Shown here: positions 1 to 9,770 of the stretch, piece after piece
Layout of the letters: the number at the start of each line of letters is the position of its first letter
Position numbering within the stretch: the first letter of the stretch is position 1
DNA from: Acidimicrobiia bacterium
Lineage (GTDB): Bacteria; Actinomycetota; Acidimicrobiia; Acidimicrobiales; JACDCH01
Assembly (NCBI GenBank): GCA_052387955.1
Contig: JBQTIQ010000018.1
Span: 1,994-65,993 of the forward strand
Direction of reading: 5' to 3'
DNA length: 64,000 bases
Notes under the pieces: model-generated
Database searches by the model: none
Told to the model about the DNA's origin: nothing
The model's input: only the letters and a program-made list of their open reading frames with translations
Made by a program: the position numbers and the translations under genes

Positions 1-5
1 ACGAG

Positions 6-782
6 CTACGTCGCGCTGAGCCGTTCGGTGAGCTCGTCGGCGAGGATGCCTGTCGCCTCCACCTCGGCGTCACTGAGGGCTCGTGCGCCGGCGGACCGAT
101 CGTTGGCGCGCAGGCGCATCAGCGTGTAACGGACGTCGGCGCCGAAGGCCCGATGGAGTTGCTCGGCAACCCAGGTGGCGAGCGCCGCGTCGAAGACGAG
201 CTCGGTGGCGACGGCGCGCGCACCGCTGTCGGCGACGAGCCGGACGAGGTCGTGGATGTCGGAGCCGACCTTGTGGGGTGAGTTGCCGTGCGGCCGGCGG
301 ACCATCGACACGGTCTTGAGAGCTACGAGCGCAGCTGTCGAGGCGACCGGGATGACCGCGTTGACGACGACGGCCTCGCGGTCGGACACGACGACTCGCT
401 CGGTCACCGCCGTCTCCAGCGCGTACCGGCGGGCGAGGGCGAAGGCGCGGCGCTCGGCGTCACGGGGCAGCGGGTCGTCCGCGAGGTCCACGACGTCGAT
501 CTCGATGGTCCCGTCGCCGGCCGGCACTTGAAGCTCGCCCCCGGCCACGACGGTGGCGGCCTGGTCGGCGACGAGTCGTTCGATGAGTTCGGCCTGGGAC
601 CGCGCGACCGTGTCGGCGTCGGCAGTCGGTCGGGTGACGGACCCGAGACGTATGAACACGGCGACGCCGCCGATGAGGACCCACGGCGGGTCCGCGGGGA
701 AGCGGCCGAGGGCCTCCACCGCGCGCGCCAGGACGCTGCCGGCGGCGGCTTCGAGCCGGATCGGCTCGCCGTCACCAGACAC
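6..782 (-). CDS. AbiEii-like nucleotidyltransferase (putative type IV TA toxin)
   Basis: C-terminal 259 aa of ORF 6..1172. It has the NTase motif LIGGVAVFIRLGSVTRPTADADTV (GG..A...R.T.D.D) and a later K....SDIHDLVRL motif typical of DUF1814/AbiEii. The GTG start at 782 overlaps the stop of the upstream gene. The upstream part of the ORF is low-complexity and out of frame. Confidence 0.55.
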   Translation of the reverse strand: MSGDGEPIRLEAAAGSVLARAVEALGRFPADPPWVLIGGVAVFIRLGSVTRPTADADTVARSQAELIERLVADQAATVVAGGELQVPAGDGTIEIDVVDLADDPLPRDAERRAFALARRYALETAVTERVVVSDREAVVVNAVIPVASTAALVALKTVSMVRRPHGNSPHKVGSDIHDLVRLVADSGARAVATELVFDAALATWVAEQLHRAFGADVRYTLMRLRANDRSAGARALSDAEVEATGILADELTERLSAT

Positions 783-1791
783 GGGGCAGCTCGGGCGGCA
801 GGTCGCGGCTCCACTGCTCGAGGATCTCCCGGCCTCGCGCGGGGTCGACTGCGAGGTCAAGGGCGGCGACGATCGGGCTCGGCGCGCAGAACGGTTCGTC
901 GACGGCGGTGCGGTCGAAGCGGCGCGTGCAAACGGACGGGCAGGGGGCGACCGCGACGGTGCAGGCGTGGCGGCCGTACTCGGCCTCCCCGAGCAGCGCT
1001 CGGGCGCGGGCGAGTACCGCAGGGTCGGGCACGTAGAAGTCGGGCGGCGCGTCGCCCGCGAGCACGACTGGCGCACCCCACGCTGCCGCGGCCCGCACGT
1101 CAGCGACGACCCATCCGGCGGTGTCGGGATCGTCGAGTCCGAGCGCGAGCCGCTCGTTGACCGGTCCGGCACCGGGACGCGGGAGGTCGGCGAGTGGCAG
1201 CCGCATCGCGTGCCAGACCGCGACCACGGCCTCGAACAGCGCTGGGATGATGGGCCGTCCCGCTTCGTCGACGAGGTAGGCGCCTCGGAGTGCAGCGAGT
1301 TGCTTCGAGACCGTCCCAGGCGATCGATCGAGTACCTCGGCGGTAGCGCGGACCCCGCTGCTCGCGGCTCCGTCGAGCACGGCGAGAGCGACGTCGAGCG
1401 CCGACGGGCTGTTGATGCGCCACCGAGATGGCTCCGACGCGCCGCTCATCCCAGGAACGTCCACATCGATGAGCAACGGCCGACGCCACAGCCGCACGTG
1501 GCCGCGCCCGTCGAAGGAGCTGATGTCGTGGGCCTCGAGTGCGTTACGAACTGGGAACCAGAGATGACGCGCGACCAGCACCTTGTGCGCGCCACCGCTC
1601 GGACGCTCGGCCAATGCGAGGACGTCGCCCACGGCGGGGTTCGCCTTCACCTCGATGACCACTGGCACGCCCTCGATCGTCCCCGTCGCATCCCAACGAT
1701 CGCTCTGGGTCGCGGCGAGATCGGCATCGAGGCCCAACGCTTCGAGAGCGCCAAGGAAGTGCTCCCAGAGCTCCGAACGGGCCGTGGACAT
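772..1791 (-). CDS. HTH-containing protein, putative cognate regulator/antitoxin of the downstream nucleotidyltransferase
   Basis: ORF 772..1959 trimmed to the internal ATG (MSTARSELWEHF) at 1791. It has a central HTH-like segment RATAEVLDRSPGTVSKQLAALRGAYLVDEAG and is translationally coupled to the NTase gene. The function is inferred from context only. Confidence 0.45.
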   Translation of the reverse strand: MSTARSELWEHFLGALEALGLDADLAATQSDRWDATGTIEGVPVVIEVKANPAVGDVLALAERPSGGAHKVLVARHLWFPVRNALEAHDISSFDGRGHVRLWRRPLLIDVDVPGMSGASEPSRWRINSPSALDVALAVLDGAASSGVRATAEVLDRSPGTVSKQLAALRGAYLVDEAGRPIIPALFEAVVAVWHAMRLPLADLPRPGAGPVNERLALGLDDPDTAGWVVADVRAAAAWGAPVVLAGDAPPDFYVPDPAVLARARALLGEAEYGRHACTVAVAPCPSVCTRRFDRTAVDEPFCAPSPIVAALDLAVDPARGREILEQWSRDLPPELPRVW

Positions 1792-1942
1792 GCGTAGGAG
1801 TCTACTCTGTTGCCTGATTCCTTCGACGGAATCAGGAAACAATGCCTGGGCGACGAGGCGTCGCCGTAACCGGCGAGCCGAGCCGCCCGGCGCGGCGCCT
1901 CGGGCTCGTCGACGCCGTCGTCGTCGAGCTCGGTGCTCGCCC

Positions 1943-2209
1943 GACCTGCGCGGCGCCATCGGGTTCAGCTCCTTCGCCGTGCTCGCCTACTACGCGATAA
2001 CCAACGCCGCAGCCTGGACGCTGCCCGGCGACCAGCGGCGCTGGCCCCGCCCGCTCGCCGGGCTCGGCGTCGCCGGATGCCTGCTGCTCGCCGTCGCGTT
2101 GCCGACCGCAAGCGTCGCCAGCGGCAGCGCGGTGCTCGCCGCCGGGACAGCCACATGGTTCGTCCGCGTCGATTCGCCGGCCCAACCTCTTTCTCTTGAG
2201 GCCGCCTGA
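1943..2209 (+). pseudogene. C-terminal fragment of an APC-family amino-acid permease (remnant)
   Basis: The tail of ORF 1583..2209 reads DLRGAIGFSSFAVLAYYAITNAAAWTLPGDQRRWPRPLAGLGVAGCLLLAVALP, which resembles the last two TM helices of amino-acid permeases. There is no upstream coding continuation; the preceding frame is Arg-rich nonsense. Confidence 0.35.
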
Positions 2210-2231
2210 GCCTCGTTGTTAGGGTTGCCTT

Positions 2232-3230
2232 ATGGATGGACCCGTACGACGCACCGGCCCGACACGGCGCCAGTTCCTGCTCGGGCTCGGCGCCGCCGGT
2301 GTGCTGGCTGCGTGCGGCGACGACAGCCAGGACGCGGATGTCGCATCCGCACCCGGTCCGGCGTCGCCGACCGGGTCGCCAGCGAGCGCGACCCGTGAGG
2401 TCGTCACCGACGCCGGCCCGTTGGAGGTCCCGTCCGCCCCGCAGCGGGTCGTCGCCGCTATCGGGTCCTTCGAGACCGACATGGTCGCCGTCGGCGTCAT
2501 GCCGGTGCTCACGACGAGCTTCGCCGGGCCGTGGGTCGAGCTCGACGACGACGTGGTCGTCACCGAGAACATCCCGCCCACGGCCGAGGAGCTGGCCAGG
2601 GTCCGCCCGGACCTGATCGTCGGGTGGAGCTGGGTGACCGAGGAGCCGGTCTACGACGAGATCGTGCAGATCGCCCCCTACGTCGGGCTCGGCGAGAGCG
2701 AGGCCACCGTCGGCGACGGGTTCGACGCCGGTCGGTACCTCTCGTGGGACACCTTGTTCCTGAGCGTCGCCGACGCCGTCGGCCGCCGAGAGGAGGGCGA
2801 GCGCCTCGTGGCCGACTTCGAGGCCCGCGTCGACGAGGTGGCCGCCCGTCGGGCCGGCCAGCCGCCGCTGCGCGTCGCCCGGGTCGAGTTCTACGAGACC
2901 GGGACCTTCTCGTACCGCGGCCAGGACGAGGACACCGCCGAGCTGATGCGGCGCATCGGGCTGACCGTCGTGGGGCCGGAGACGTCGGTCAACGAGGAGA
3001 GCCTGGAGCGGCTGCCGGAGATCGAGGCCGACCTGATCGTCGTGCCCGTCGGCGGCGGCATGCCGCCGGAGGTGTTCGCCGAGATCGAGCAGAACCCGCT
3101 GTGGCAGGCGATCCCGGCGGTGCAGGCCGGACGCGTCGAGCAGGTGGACGGCGAGCTGTGGCCGGGCCTCGGGTTCCTGTGGGCCGGTGCCCTGCTCACC
3201 GACCTCGAGCGCCTGTTCGTCGATGCCTGA
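2232..3230 (+). CDS. Iron-siderophore ABC transporter substrate-binding lipoprotein (TroA/FecB-like)
   Basis: TAT-like signal RRQFLLGLGAAGVLAAC with a lipobox Cys. The periplasmic-binding cluster A pattern is present (RVVA..., DLIVGW, NPLWQAIPAVQAGRV). Confidence 0.85.
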   Translation: MDGPVRRTGPTRRQFLLGLGAAGVLAACGDDSQDADVASAPGPASPTGSPASATREVVTDAGPLEVPSAPQRVVAAIGSFETDMVAVGVMPVLTTSFAGPWVELDDDVVVTENIPPTAEELARVRPDLIVGWSWVTEEPVYDEIVQIAPYVGLGESEATVGDGFDAGRYLSWDTLFLSVADAVGRREEGERLVADFEARVDEVAARRAGQPPLRVARVEFYETGTFSYRGQDEDTAELMRRIGLTVVGPETSVNEESLERLPEIEADLIVVPVGGGMPPEVFAEIEQNPLWQAIPAVQAGRVEQVDGELWPGLGFLWAGALLTDLERLFVDA

Positions 3231-4074
3231 CGCCGGGCCGCTCGCCGGCACCGTCGCCCGCGTCGGCGCCGTGTACGGCGAGGACGCACGGCTGTGCCTC
3301 GGCATCGACGGCGGGTCTCGCTGGCTGCGCCTCGACGCCGTCCTCGCCGGCGGACTCGACACCCTCTTCGCCGACGTCGAAGCCGATGCGGGCGGCCGCC
3401 GCGACTACGCCGGCGCGGCCGTCGCCGCCGGTCTCGCCGACGCCCTCGTCACCGCCGGGTGGCCGGCGCTGCTGCTCGACCGCCGGCTGCCCGACGTCCG
3501 GCCGGTGAACGTCGCCGTGCGCCGGCACGAGGACGAGGCGTGGTTCGACCGCGTCGCGCTCCTCACCCCGGGATGCTTCGCCCTGCCCGGCGATCCCGAG
3601 GCCGGCTATTCCGATGTCGCCGTCGTCGGCACCGTCGCCGACCTGCACGAGCGGTTCGCGGCCCAGCTCGTCGATGCCGTCGGTCCGTGGTTCGCGGCGG
3701 TGCGGGCCCGGGCCCCGTTCGGGCGCCGGGGGATGTGGGGCCAGCTCGCCGACGCCGTGTGCGCCACCGCGCTGGGGACCGCCCGCCACGCCGGCACCGA
3801 CCAGCGGGCAGCATGGGACGAGGCGCAGGACGTCCTCGACCACGTCGCCGCCCGCGTGCCGGAGCTTCGGGTCCGGCCGCAACCCTTCCCGGTCCGGTGG
3901 TCGGGCGGCGAGGCCCTGTTCCAGGTCAAGGGCACGTGCTGCCTCTGGTACGTGTGCGAGAAGGCGGCCGAGTACGGCGACGACGCCTACTGCTCGTCGT
4001 GCCCGTTGCGCGACGACGGCTCGCGCCGGTCGCGCCTGACGGCGTGGCTCGAGGAGGAGGCGGCCGCCGGGTGA
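3223..4074 (+). CDS. FhuF-like (2Fe-2S) ferric-siderophore reductase
   Basis: C-terminal Cys cluster CCLWYVCEKAAEYGDDAYCSSCPLR of the FhuF C-terminal type. The ATG at 3223 overlaps the stop of the SBP gene (ATGCCTGA). Confidence 0.7.
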   Translation: MPDAGPLAGTVARVGAVYGEDARLCLGIDGGSRWLRLDAVLAGGLDTLFADVEADAGGRRDYAGAAVAAGLADALVTAGWPALLLDRRLPDVRPVNVAVRRHEDEAWFDRVALLTPGCFALPGDPEAGYSDVAVVGTVADLHERFAAQLVDAVGPWFAAVRARAPFGRRGMWGQLADAVCATALGTARHAGTDQRAAWDEAQDVLDHVAARVPELRVRPQPFPVRWSGGEALFQVKGTCCLWYVCEKAAEYGDDAYCSSCPLRDDGSRRSRLTAWLEEEAAAG

Positions 4075-5168
4075 CCGCGGTCGCAACCGCGCCCGACGCC
4101 CCGAGCGTCCCCGTCGCCCGCCCTCGCATCGGGCCCGTCGGGGTCGACGAGGGCCGCCGAGCGCTGGTCCGCAACCGCGCCCTGCGCGCCGTCGGCCTGG
4201 TCGTCGCCTCGGGAGCGCTGTTCGCGGTGGCGGTCGCCAGCGTCGCCTACGGCTCGAAGCCGATCCCCGTCGGCGAGGTCTTCGACGCCTTCCTCGCCTT
4301 CGACGGGTCGAACGACCACCTCATCGTCCGGTCGCTGCGCGTGCCCCGCACGGTGATCGGTCTCGGCGTCGGCGCCGCCCTCGGCCTGGCCGGCGCGGTG
4401 ATGCAGGGCGTGACCCGCAACCCGCTGGCCGACCCCGGCATCCTCGGCGTGAACGCCGGCGCGTCGCTATTCGTGGTGATCGCCATCTACAGCCTCGGGA
4501 TCGGCTCGCTCACGGGCTACGTGTGGTTCGCCTTCGCCGGCGCCGCCGTCGCCAGCCTCGTGGTGTACGGCCTCGGCGCCCTCGGGCGCGACGGCGCGAC
4601 GCCGGTGAAGTTGGCCCTCGCCGGCGCCGCGGTCGCCGCGCTGCTCGGCTCGCTCACCACCGCCATCCTGCTGATCGACATCGCCACCCTCGACCAGTAC
4701 CGGTTCTGGGTCGTCGGCTCGATCGCCGGCCGCGACGCCGAGGTGGCGGCCCAGGTGGCGCCGTTCCTGATCGCGGGCGCCGTGCTCGCGCTGGGCTCGG
4801 CCCGCTCGCTCAACAGCATGAGCCTCGGCGACGACGTCGCCCGCTCGCTCGGCCTGCGCGTCGGCGTCGCCCGGGGGGTGTCTGCCCTGTCGGTGGTGCT
4901 GCTCTGCGGCGCCGCCACCGCCGCCGCCGGCCCCATCGGCTTCGTCGGGCTCACCGTGCCCCACGTCGCCCGGGCCATCTGCGGGCCCGACTACCGCTGG
5001 ATCCTGCCGTACTCCGCGGTGCTGGCACCGATCCTGCTGCTCGGTGCCGATGTCGTCGGCCGCGTCGTCGCCCGCCCCGGCGAGCTCCAGGTCGGCATCG
5101 TCACCGCCCTCGTCGGCGCGCCGTTCTTCGTCGCCCTCGTGCGGCGCCGGAAGCTCGCCCAGCTCTGA
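4071..5168 (+). CDS. FecCD-family iron-siderophore ABC permease
   Basis: Real part of ORF 3294..5168 starting at the GTG at 4071 (GTGA overlap). Motifs RVPRTVIGLGVGAALGLAGAVMQGVTRNPLADPGILGV and GPIGFVGLTVPH are typical of FecCD. Confidence 0.85.
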   Translation: MTAVATAPDAPSVPVARPRIGPVGVDEGRRALVRNRALRAVGLVVASGALFAVAVASVAYGSKPIPVGEVFDAFLAFDGSNDHLIVRSLRVPRTVIGLGVGAALGLAGAVMQGVTRNPLADPGILGVNAGASLFVVIAIYSLGIGSLTGYVWFAFAGAAVASLVVYGLGALGRDGATPVKLALAGAAVAALLGSLTTAILLIDIATLDQYRFWVVGSIAGRDAEVAAQVAPFLIAGAVLALGSARSLNSMSLGDDVARSLGLRVGVARGVSALSVVLLCGAATAAAGPIGFVGLTVPHVARAICGPDYRWILPYSAVLAPILLLGADVVGRVVARPGELQVGIVTALVGAPFFVALVRRRKLAQL

Positions 5169-5192
5169 CCACGACCCAGGAAGGGATTCTCG

Positions 5193-6182
5193 ATGACCGT
5201 CCTCCGACCGCTGTCCGGCCTCCTCGTGGCCGTGCTCCTCGCCGCTGGGTGCGGCGACGACGACGGCGACGCCGCCTCGGCGTCGGCCCCGTCTGACGGC
5301 GGCACCCGGAGCTTCGTCGACGTGTACGGCGAGGAGATCGAGGTGCCCGGCGACGCGCAGCGCATCGTCGCCATCCACGACAGCAACGGCGGCGAGCAGC
5401 TGCTGTCCCTCGGTGCCGAGCTCATCGGGTTCCCGTCCCGCGGCGGCGAGTTCGTCGAGGAGATCACCGACGTCTACGACCTCGACGGCGTCGCCGACGT
5501 GGGCGAGGTCTACGAGCCCAACATCGAGGCGATCGCCGCCCTCGAACCCGACCTCATCGTGGGTGAAGGCTACGACGGCGCAGGGATGGACCAGTTCATG
5601 GACGCCGGCGTCCATGAGCGGCTGCTCGAGCTGGCGCCCGTCGTGTACATCGACACCTTCCGGCCGGTGGACGAGGTGATCGCCGACTTTGCCGAGCTGG
5701 TCGGCCCCGACGCAGAGGCCGAGTACGAGGAACAGCGAACCGCGTACGACGACGATCTCGATGCCGTGCGCGAGGAGCTCGGCGACCCCGCCGGCCTCAG
5801 CGTCTCGATCGTGCAGTTCGCGCCCGACCAGCTCACCGTCCACGGTGACCAGACGCTCGTGCCGTCGGTGATCCTCGACTCGCTCGGCATCGAACGGCCG
5901 GCGATCACCGAGGAGGCCGACGCCGAGGGCGGGTTCCTCTCGCTCTCCCTCGAGCGCATCCCCGAGGTCGACGCCGACCTGATCCTGCTCGACATGGGCG
6001 TCGGCGAGTTCGGCGGTGACCACACCGACAACCCGCTGTGGCAGGCGCTCGCTGCGGTGCAGGCCGATCAGGTCCACCCCTACGACTCGAGCTGGTACGG
6101 CACCACGTACCACCGCTTCCAGCTCGTGCTCGACGAGCTCGGGCCGGTGCTGGTGGGCGCCGACCGGGACGTCCTGGCGTGA
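5193..6182 (+). CDS. Second iron-siderophore substrate-binding lipoprotein
   Basis: Signal peptide with lipobox LLAAGCGDD, plus [12 protein letters not shown] and [15 protein letters not shown]. The RBS aggaaggg lies upstream. Confidence 0.85.
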   Translation: MTVLRPLSGLLVAVLLAAGCGDDDGDAASASAPSDGGTRSFVDVYGEEIEVPGDAQRIVAIHDSNGGEQLLSLGAELIGFPSRGGEFVEEITDVYDLDGVADVGEVYEPNIEAIAALEPDLIVGEGYDGAGMDQFMDAGVHERLLELAPVVYIDTFRPVDEVIADFAELVGPDAEAEYEEQRTAYDDDLDAVREELGDPAGLSVSIVQFAPDQLTVHGDQTLVPSVILDSLGIERPAITEEADAEGGFLSLSLERIPEVDADLILLDMGVGEFGGDHTDNPLWQALAAVQADQVHPYDSSWYGTTYHRFQLVLDELGPVLVGADRDVLA

Positions 6183-7246
6183 TCGCCTCGACCGCGGCGA
6201 CGCCTGTCGCGGGCATCGTCCTCCGGAGCCGTCGCCTCGGCGTCACCGCCCTGGTCGACCCCCGGGCGGTGTCGGTGTCGCTGGCGCTCGCCGCGGTCAT
6301 CGCCGTCGCCGCCGCCGTCAGCGTCAGCGTCGGCGACTTCCCGATCCCGATCGGCGACGTGGTGTCGTCGATCCTCGGCTTCGGCAACCCCGACAGCGAC
6401 TTCATCGTGCGCACGCTGCGGCTGCCGCGGGCCCTGACCGGCATCCTCGTCGGGGCCGCCTTCGGCCTCTCGGGCGCGGTCTTCCAGTCCCTCGCCCGCA
6501 ACCCGCTCGCCAGCCCCGACGTGATCGGGATCACCGCCGGCGCCAGCGCCGCTGCCGTCGCCACCATCGTGTGGGTCAGCGGGGGCGCCACGACCGTGTC
6601 GCTGGCCGCCTTCGCCGGCGCCCTCGCCACTGCGGCGGCGATCTACCTGCTCGCCTATACGCGCGGCGTCGCCGGCTACCGGCTGGTGCTCGTCGGCATC
6701 GGCGTCGGCGCCGTGCTCGCCGCCGTGACGTCGTACGTCCTGACCCGGGCCGAGATCAACGACGCCCAGCGCGCCACCGTGTGGCTGACCGGCAGCCTCA
6801 ACGGCCGTGGGTGGGAGCACGTCCGTCCCGTCGGCACGGCGATCGCCGTGCTGCTGCCGGTCGCCCTCGCCCTCGGCCGCCAGCTGCGCCTGCTCCAACT
6901 CGGCGACGACACCGCCAAGGGCCTCGGTGTCCGGGTCGAGCGGTCCCGTGCCGCCCTCGTCGTCGCCGGTGTCGGCCTCGCCGCCGTGGCGACGGCGTCG
7001 GCCGGGCCGGTCGCCTTCGTCGCCCTGGTCGCGCCGCAGATCGCCCGGCGCCTGACCCGCTCGTCGGGCCCGGATCTCGTGGTCTCGGCGCTGGCCGGCG
7101 CCGCGCTGGTGGTGCTCGCCGACCTGCTCGCCCGCCGGGCGTTCGCCCCGACCGAGCTGCCCGTCGGCGTCGTCACCGGCGTCGTCGGCGCGCCGTACCT
7201 GCTCTGGCTGCTGGCCCGGGCCAACCGGATCGGATCGGGAGGGTGA
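6179..7246 (+). CDS. Second FecCD-family ABC permease
   Basis: Real part of ORF 6038..7246 starting at the GTG at 6179 (GTGA overlap). Motifs [38 protein letters not shown] and [12 protein letters not shown]. Confidence 0.85.
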   Translation: MIASTAATPVAGIVLRSRRLGVTALVDPRAVSVSLALAAVIAVAAAVSVSVGDFPIPIGDVVSSILGFGNPDSDFIVRTLRLPRALTGILVGAAFGLSGAVFQSLARNPLASPDVIGITAGASAAAVATIVWVSGGATTVSLAAFAGALATAAAIYLLAYTRGVAGYRLVLVGIGVGAVLAAVTSYVLTRAEINDAQRATVWLTGSLNGRGWEHVRPVGTAIAVLLPVALALGRQLRLLQLGDDTAKGLGVRVERSRAALVVAGVGLAAVATASAGPVAFVALVAPQIARRLTRSSGPDLVVSALAGAALVVLADLLARRAFAPTELPVGVVTGVVGAPYLLWLLARANRIGSGG

Positions 7247-8082
7247 ACGTACGACCGACGCCGAGCCTGTCTGGGCGCGACCTGCGCCTCGCCTACGACG
7301 ACGTCGAGGTCGTGTCCGATCTCACGGTCACCGTCCCGGCCGGGAAGGTCACGGTGATCGTCGGCGCCAACGCCTGCGGCAAGTCGACCCTGCTGCGGGC
7401 GCTGGCCCGGCTGCTGAAGCCGAAGGGGGGCGTCGTGCACCTCGACGGCACCGACATCCACCGCCTCCCCACCAAGGAGGTCGCCCGGCGCCTCGGCATC
7501 CTCCCCCAGCAACCCATCGCCCCCGAAGGGTTGACCGTCGCCGACCTCGTCGCCCGAGGCCGGGCGCCGCACCAGCGGTGGTTCACGCAGTGGTCCGACG
7601 CCGACGAGGCGGCAGTCGTCGGCGCTCTCGAGGCGACCGGGACGCTGGCGATCGCGTCCCGCCCGGTCGACGACCTCTCGGGCGGCCAACGCCAGCGGGC
7701 CTGGATCGCCATGGCGCTCGCCCAGGGCACCCCCTTGATGCTCCTCGACGAGCCGACGACGTTCCTCGACCTCGCCCACCAGGTCGAGGTCCTCGACCTC
7801 CTTGCCGAGCTCAACGAGCGCGAGGGCCGCACCGTCGTGCTCGTCCTGCACGACCTGAACCTCGCCTGCCGCTACGCCCACCACCTCATCGCCATGCGCG
7901 GTGGCGCCATCGTGGCCGAAGGCGAGCCCGGCGCGGTGGTCACCGAGGCGATGGTCGAATCGGTGTTCGGTCTCGCCGTCCGGGTCGTGGCCGACCCCGA
8001 AACCGGCACGCCCCTCGTCGTGCCCCGCGCCCGGGCGACGCCCCACCCGCTCGACACCGAGGCCGTCATGGCGAGGCGTTGA
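7243..8082 (+). CDS. Iron-siderophore ABC transporter ATP-binding protein (FepC/FecE-like)
   Basis: Walker [10 protein letters not shown], signature LSGGQRQR, Walker B LMLLDEPT. The GTG at 7243 overlaps the permease stop. Confidence 0.9.
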   Translation: MNVRPTPSLSGRDLRLAYDDVEVVSDLTVTVPAGKVTVIVGANACGKSTLLRALARLLKPKGGVVHLDGTDIHRLPTKEVARRLGILPQQPIAPEGLTVADLVARGRAPHQRWFTQWSDADEAAVVGALEATGTLAIASRPVDDLSGGQRQRAWIAMALAQGTPLMLLDEPTTFLDLAHQVEVLDLLAELNEREGRTVVLVLHDLNLACRYAHHLIAMRGGAIVAEGEPGAVVTEAMVESVFGLAVRVVADPETGTPLVVPRARATPHPLDTEAVMARR

Positions 8083-9770
8083 GCGACGCGCGCCGGCTGC
8101 TGCGGAGCTCGCTCCGTGCCGGCCGGCGCGAGGTCGTGCTCTGCGTCGCCTCCGGGCTGGCATGGCAGTCGGTGGCGGTCGCCGTCCCGTTCGTGCTGGA
8201 GAAGGCGGTCGACGACGGCGTCGTCGGGGGCGACCGCGAGGCGTTGTGGGCGTGGTCGGCGGTGCTCGCCGGGCTCGGGCTCGTCCGCTGGGTCGGCGAC
8301 GCCGCCCGCCACTGGTGGGTCGAACGGGCGGGTGCCCGCGTCGCCGACGGCCTGCGCCGCCGCCTCGTCGACCGGTTGCTGGCGATGGCCGACGACGACC
8401 TGGCGTCCTTCGACCACGGCGACCTGACGGCACGGGCGGTCCAGGACACCCGGTCGGTGTGGAACTGGGTGAGCGGCGTCGCCACGTTCGCCACCGCGGC
8501 GTTCACGCTCGTCGCCGTGCTCGTGCTCCTGGCGACCCTCGACCCCGCGCTCGCCCTCGTCGGCCTCGCCACCGTCCCGCTGGCCGCGGTCGTCTCCGCC
8601 GCCCGGGTCGGCGCCCACGGGCGGGCCTCGGCGGCGGTGGCCGACGGCGCCGGACGCTACGCCGGCGCCGTGGAGTCCGCCATCGCCGGGATCCGGACGA
8701 TCATGGGCCTCGGGGCCGAGCAGGTGGCGCTGGCCCGGGCCGGCGACGCCAGCGACCGGCTCCGAGCCCGGGCCCTGGCGCTGGCCCGGGTCGAGGCGGG
8801 CTGGCTCGCCGTCGCCGCGGCCGTCCCGGCCGCCGGCCTCGCCGTCGGGCTGTGGACCGGCGGCACGCGCGCCATCGATGGCGTCGTCAGCGTCGGTGCG
8901 CTCGTCGCCTTCGCCGGCTGGATGGGCCTGCTCGTCGACGCCACCGCCACGTTCGCCGCGCGTCTCGTCGACCGCGGCGCCGCCCTGGCCGCCGCCGGCC
9001 GCCTCGCCGAGCTGCTCGACGCCCCGCTACCGCGGCAGCCGACCGCGCCCGCGGTCGCGACGGTCGGCAACGACGTCGCGGTCGACGGGCTCGCCGCCCG
9101 GCGTGGTGCCGCCGTCGTCCTCCGCGGCGTCGAGCTCGACGTCCGCGCCGGCGAGTGGCTCGCCGTCGTGGGCGCCACGGGCTCTGGCAAGACGACGCTG
9201 CTGCGGGTCCTCGCCGGCCTCGACGAGCCAGCCCTCGGCCGGGTGCGGATCGGGGGCGCCGACCTGGCCTCGCTCGACGAGGCCGCCCGGCGGCGAGCGG
9301 CCACCCTCGTCCCGCAGAACGCCGCCCTCGTGAGCGGCGCCCTCGGCGACGTGCTGCGCCTCGGCGCCCCGACGGCGACCGACGCTGAGCTCCTCGCCGC
9401 CCTCGACGCCGTCGCCGCCGCCGACGTGCTCGCCGAGCTCGGCGGTCTCGACGGGCGCATCGGCGACCGGAGCCTGTCCCTGTCCGGCGGGCAGCGCCAG
9501 CGCCTCGCCCTCGCCGTCGCCGTCCTCCGGCGCCCGCCGGTGCTCCTGCTCGACGACACGACCTCGGCCCTGGACCCGGCAACCGAGCACCGCGTCCTGG
9601 CCGCGCTGCGCGACCTGCTCCCGACGACCACCGCCGTCGTCGCGACGCACCGAGCCGCCACCGCGGCCGCGTGCGACCGGGTCGTCGTGCTGGCCGACGG
9701 CGGCGTCGTCGCCGACGACGCCGCCAGCGTCGCCGCCGTCCTCGACCCGGCCGGGGGCGGTCGTCCGTGA
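8079..9770 (+). CDS. ABC transporter, fused TMD-NBD (exporter fold), subunit A
   Basis: N-terminal six-helix ABC membrane domain, then [17 protein letters not shown] and [11 protein letters not shown]. The proposed TTG start at 8079 overlaps the upstream stop and is uncertain. Confidence 0.75.
   Translation: MSDARRLLRSSLRAGRREVVLCVASGLAWQSVAVAVPFVLEKAVDDGVVGGDREALWAWSAVLAGLGLVRWVGDAARHWWVERAGARVADGLRRRLVDRLLAMADDDLASFDHGDLTARAVQDTRSVWNWVSGVATFATAAFTLVAVLVLLATLDPALALVGLATVPLAAVVSAARVGAHGRASAAVADGAGRYAGAVESAIAGIRTIMGLGAEQVALARAGDASDRLRARALALARVEAGWLAVAAAVPAAGLAVGLWTGGTRAIDGVVSVGALVAFAGWMGLLVDATATFAARLVDRGAALAAAGRLAELLDAPLPRQPTAPAVATVGNDVAVDGLAARRGAAVVLRGVELDVRAGEWLAVVGATGSGKTTLLRVLAGLDEPALGRVRIGGADLASLDEAARRRAATLVPQNAALVSGALGDVLRLGAPTATDAELLAALDAVAAADVLAELGGLDGRIGDRSLSLSGGQRQRLALAVAVLRRPPVLLLDDTTSALDPATEHRVLAALRDLLPTTTAVVATHRAATAAACDRVVVLADGGVVADDAASVAAVLDPAGGGRP

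Noticed and set aside
2215-2232. IdeR/DtxR iron boxes upstream of the siderophore genes. Checked GTTGTTAGGGTTGCCTTA at 2215-2232 and GTTGTTAAGCCTTACA at 11460-11475, which share GTTGTTA and GCCTTA.
   Set aside because: The best hand alignments to the 19-bp consensus TTAGGTTAGGCTAACCTAA give only about 11-13 of 19 matches. Neither site is a good palindrome, and their positions relative to the start codons differ (overlapping the ATG versus about 230 bp upstream). They are worth a PWM scan but not callable.
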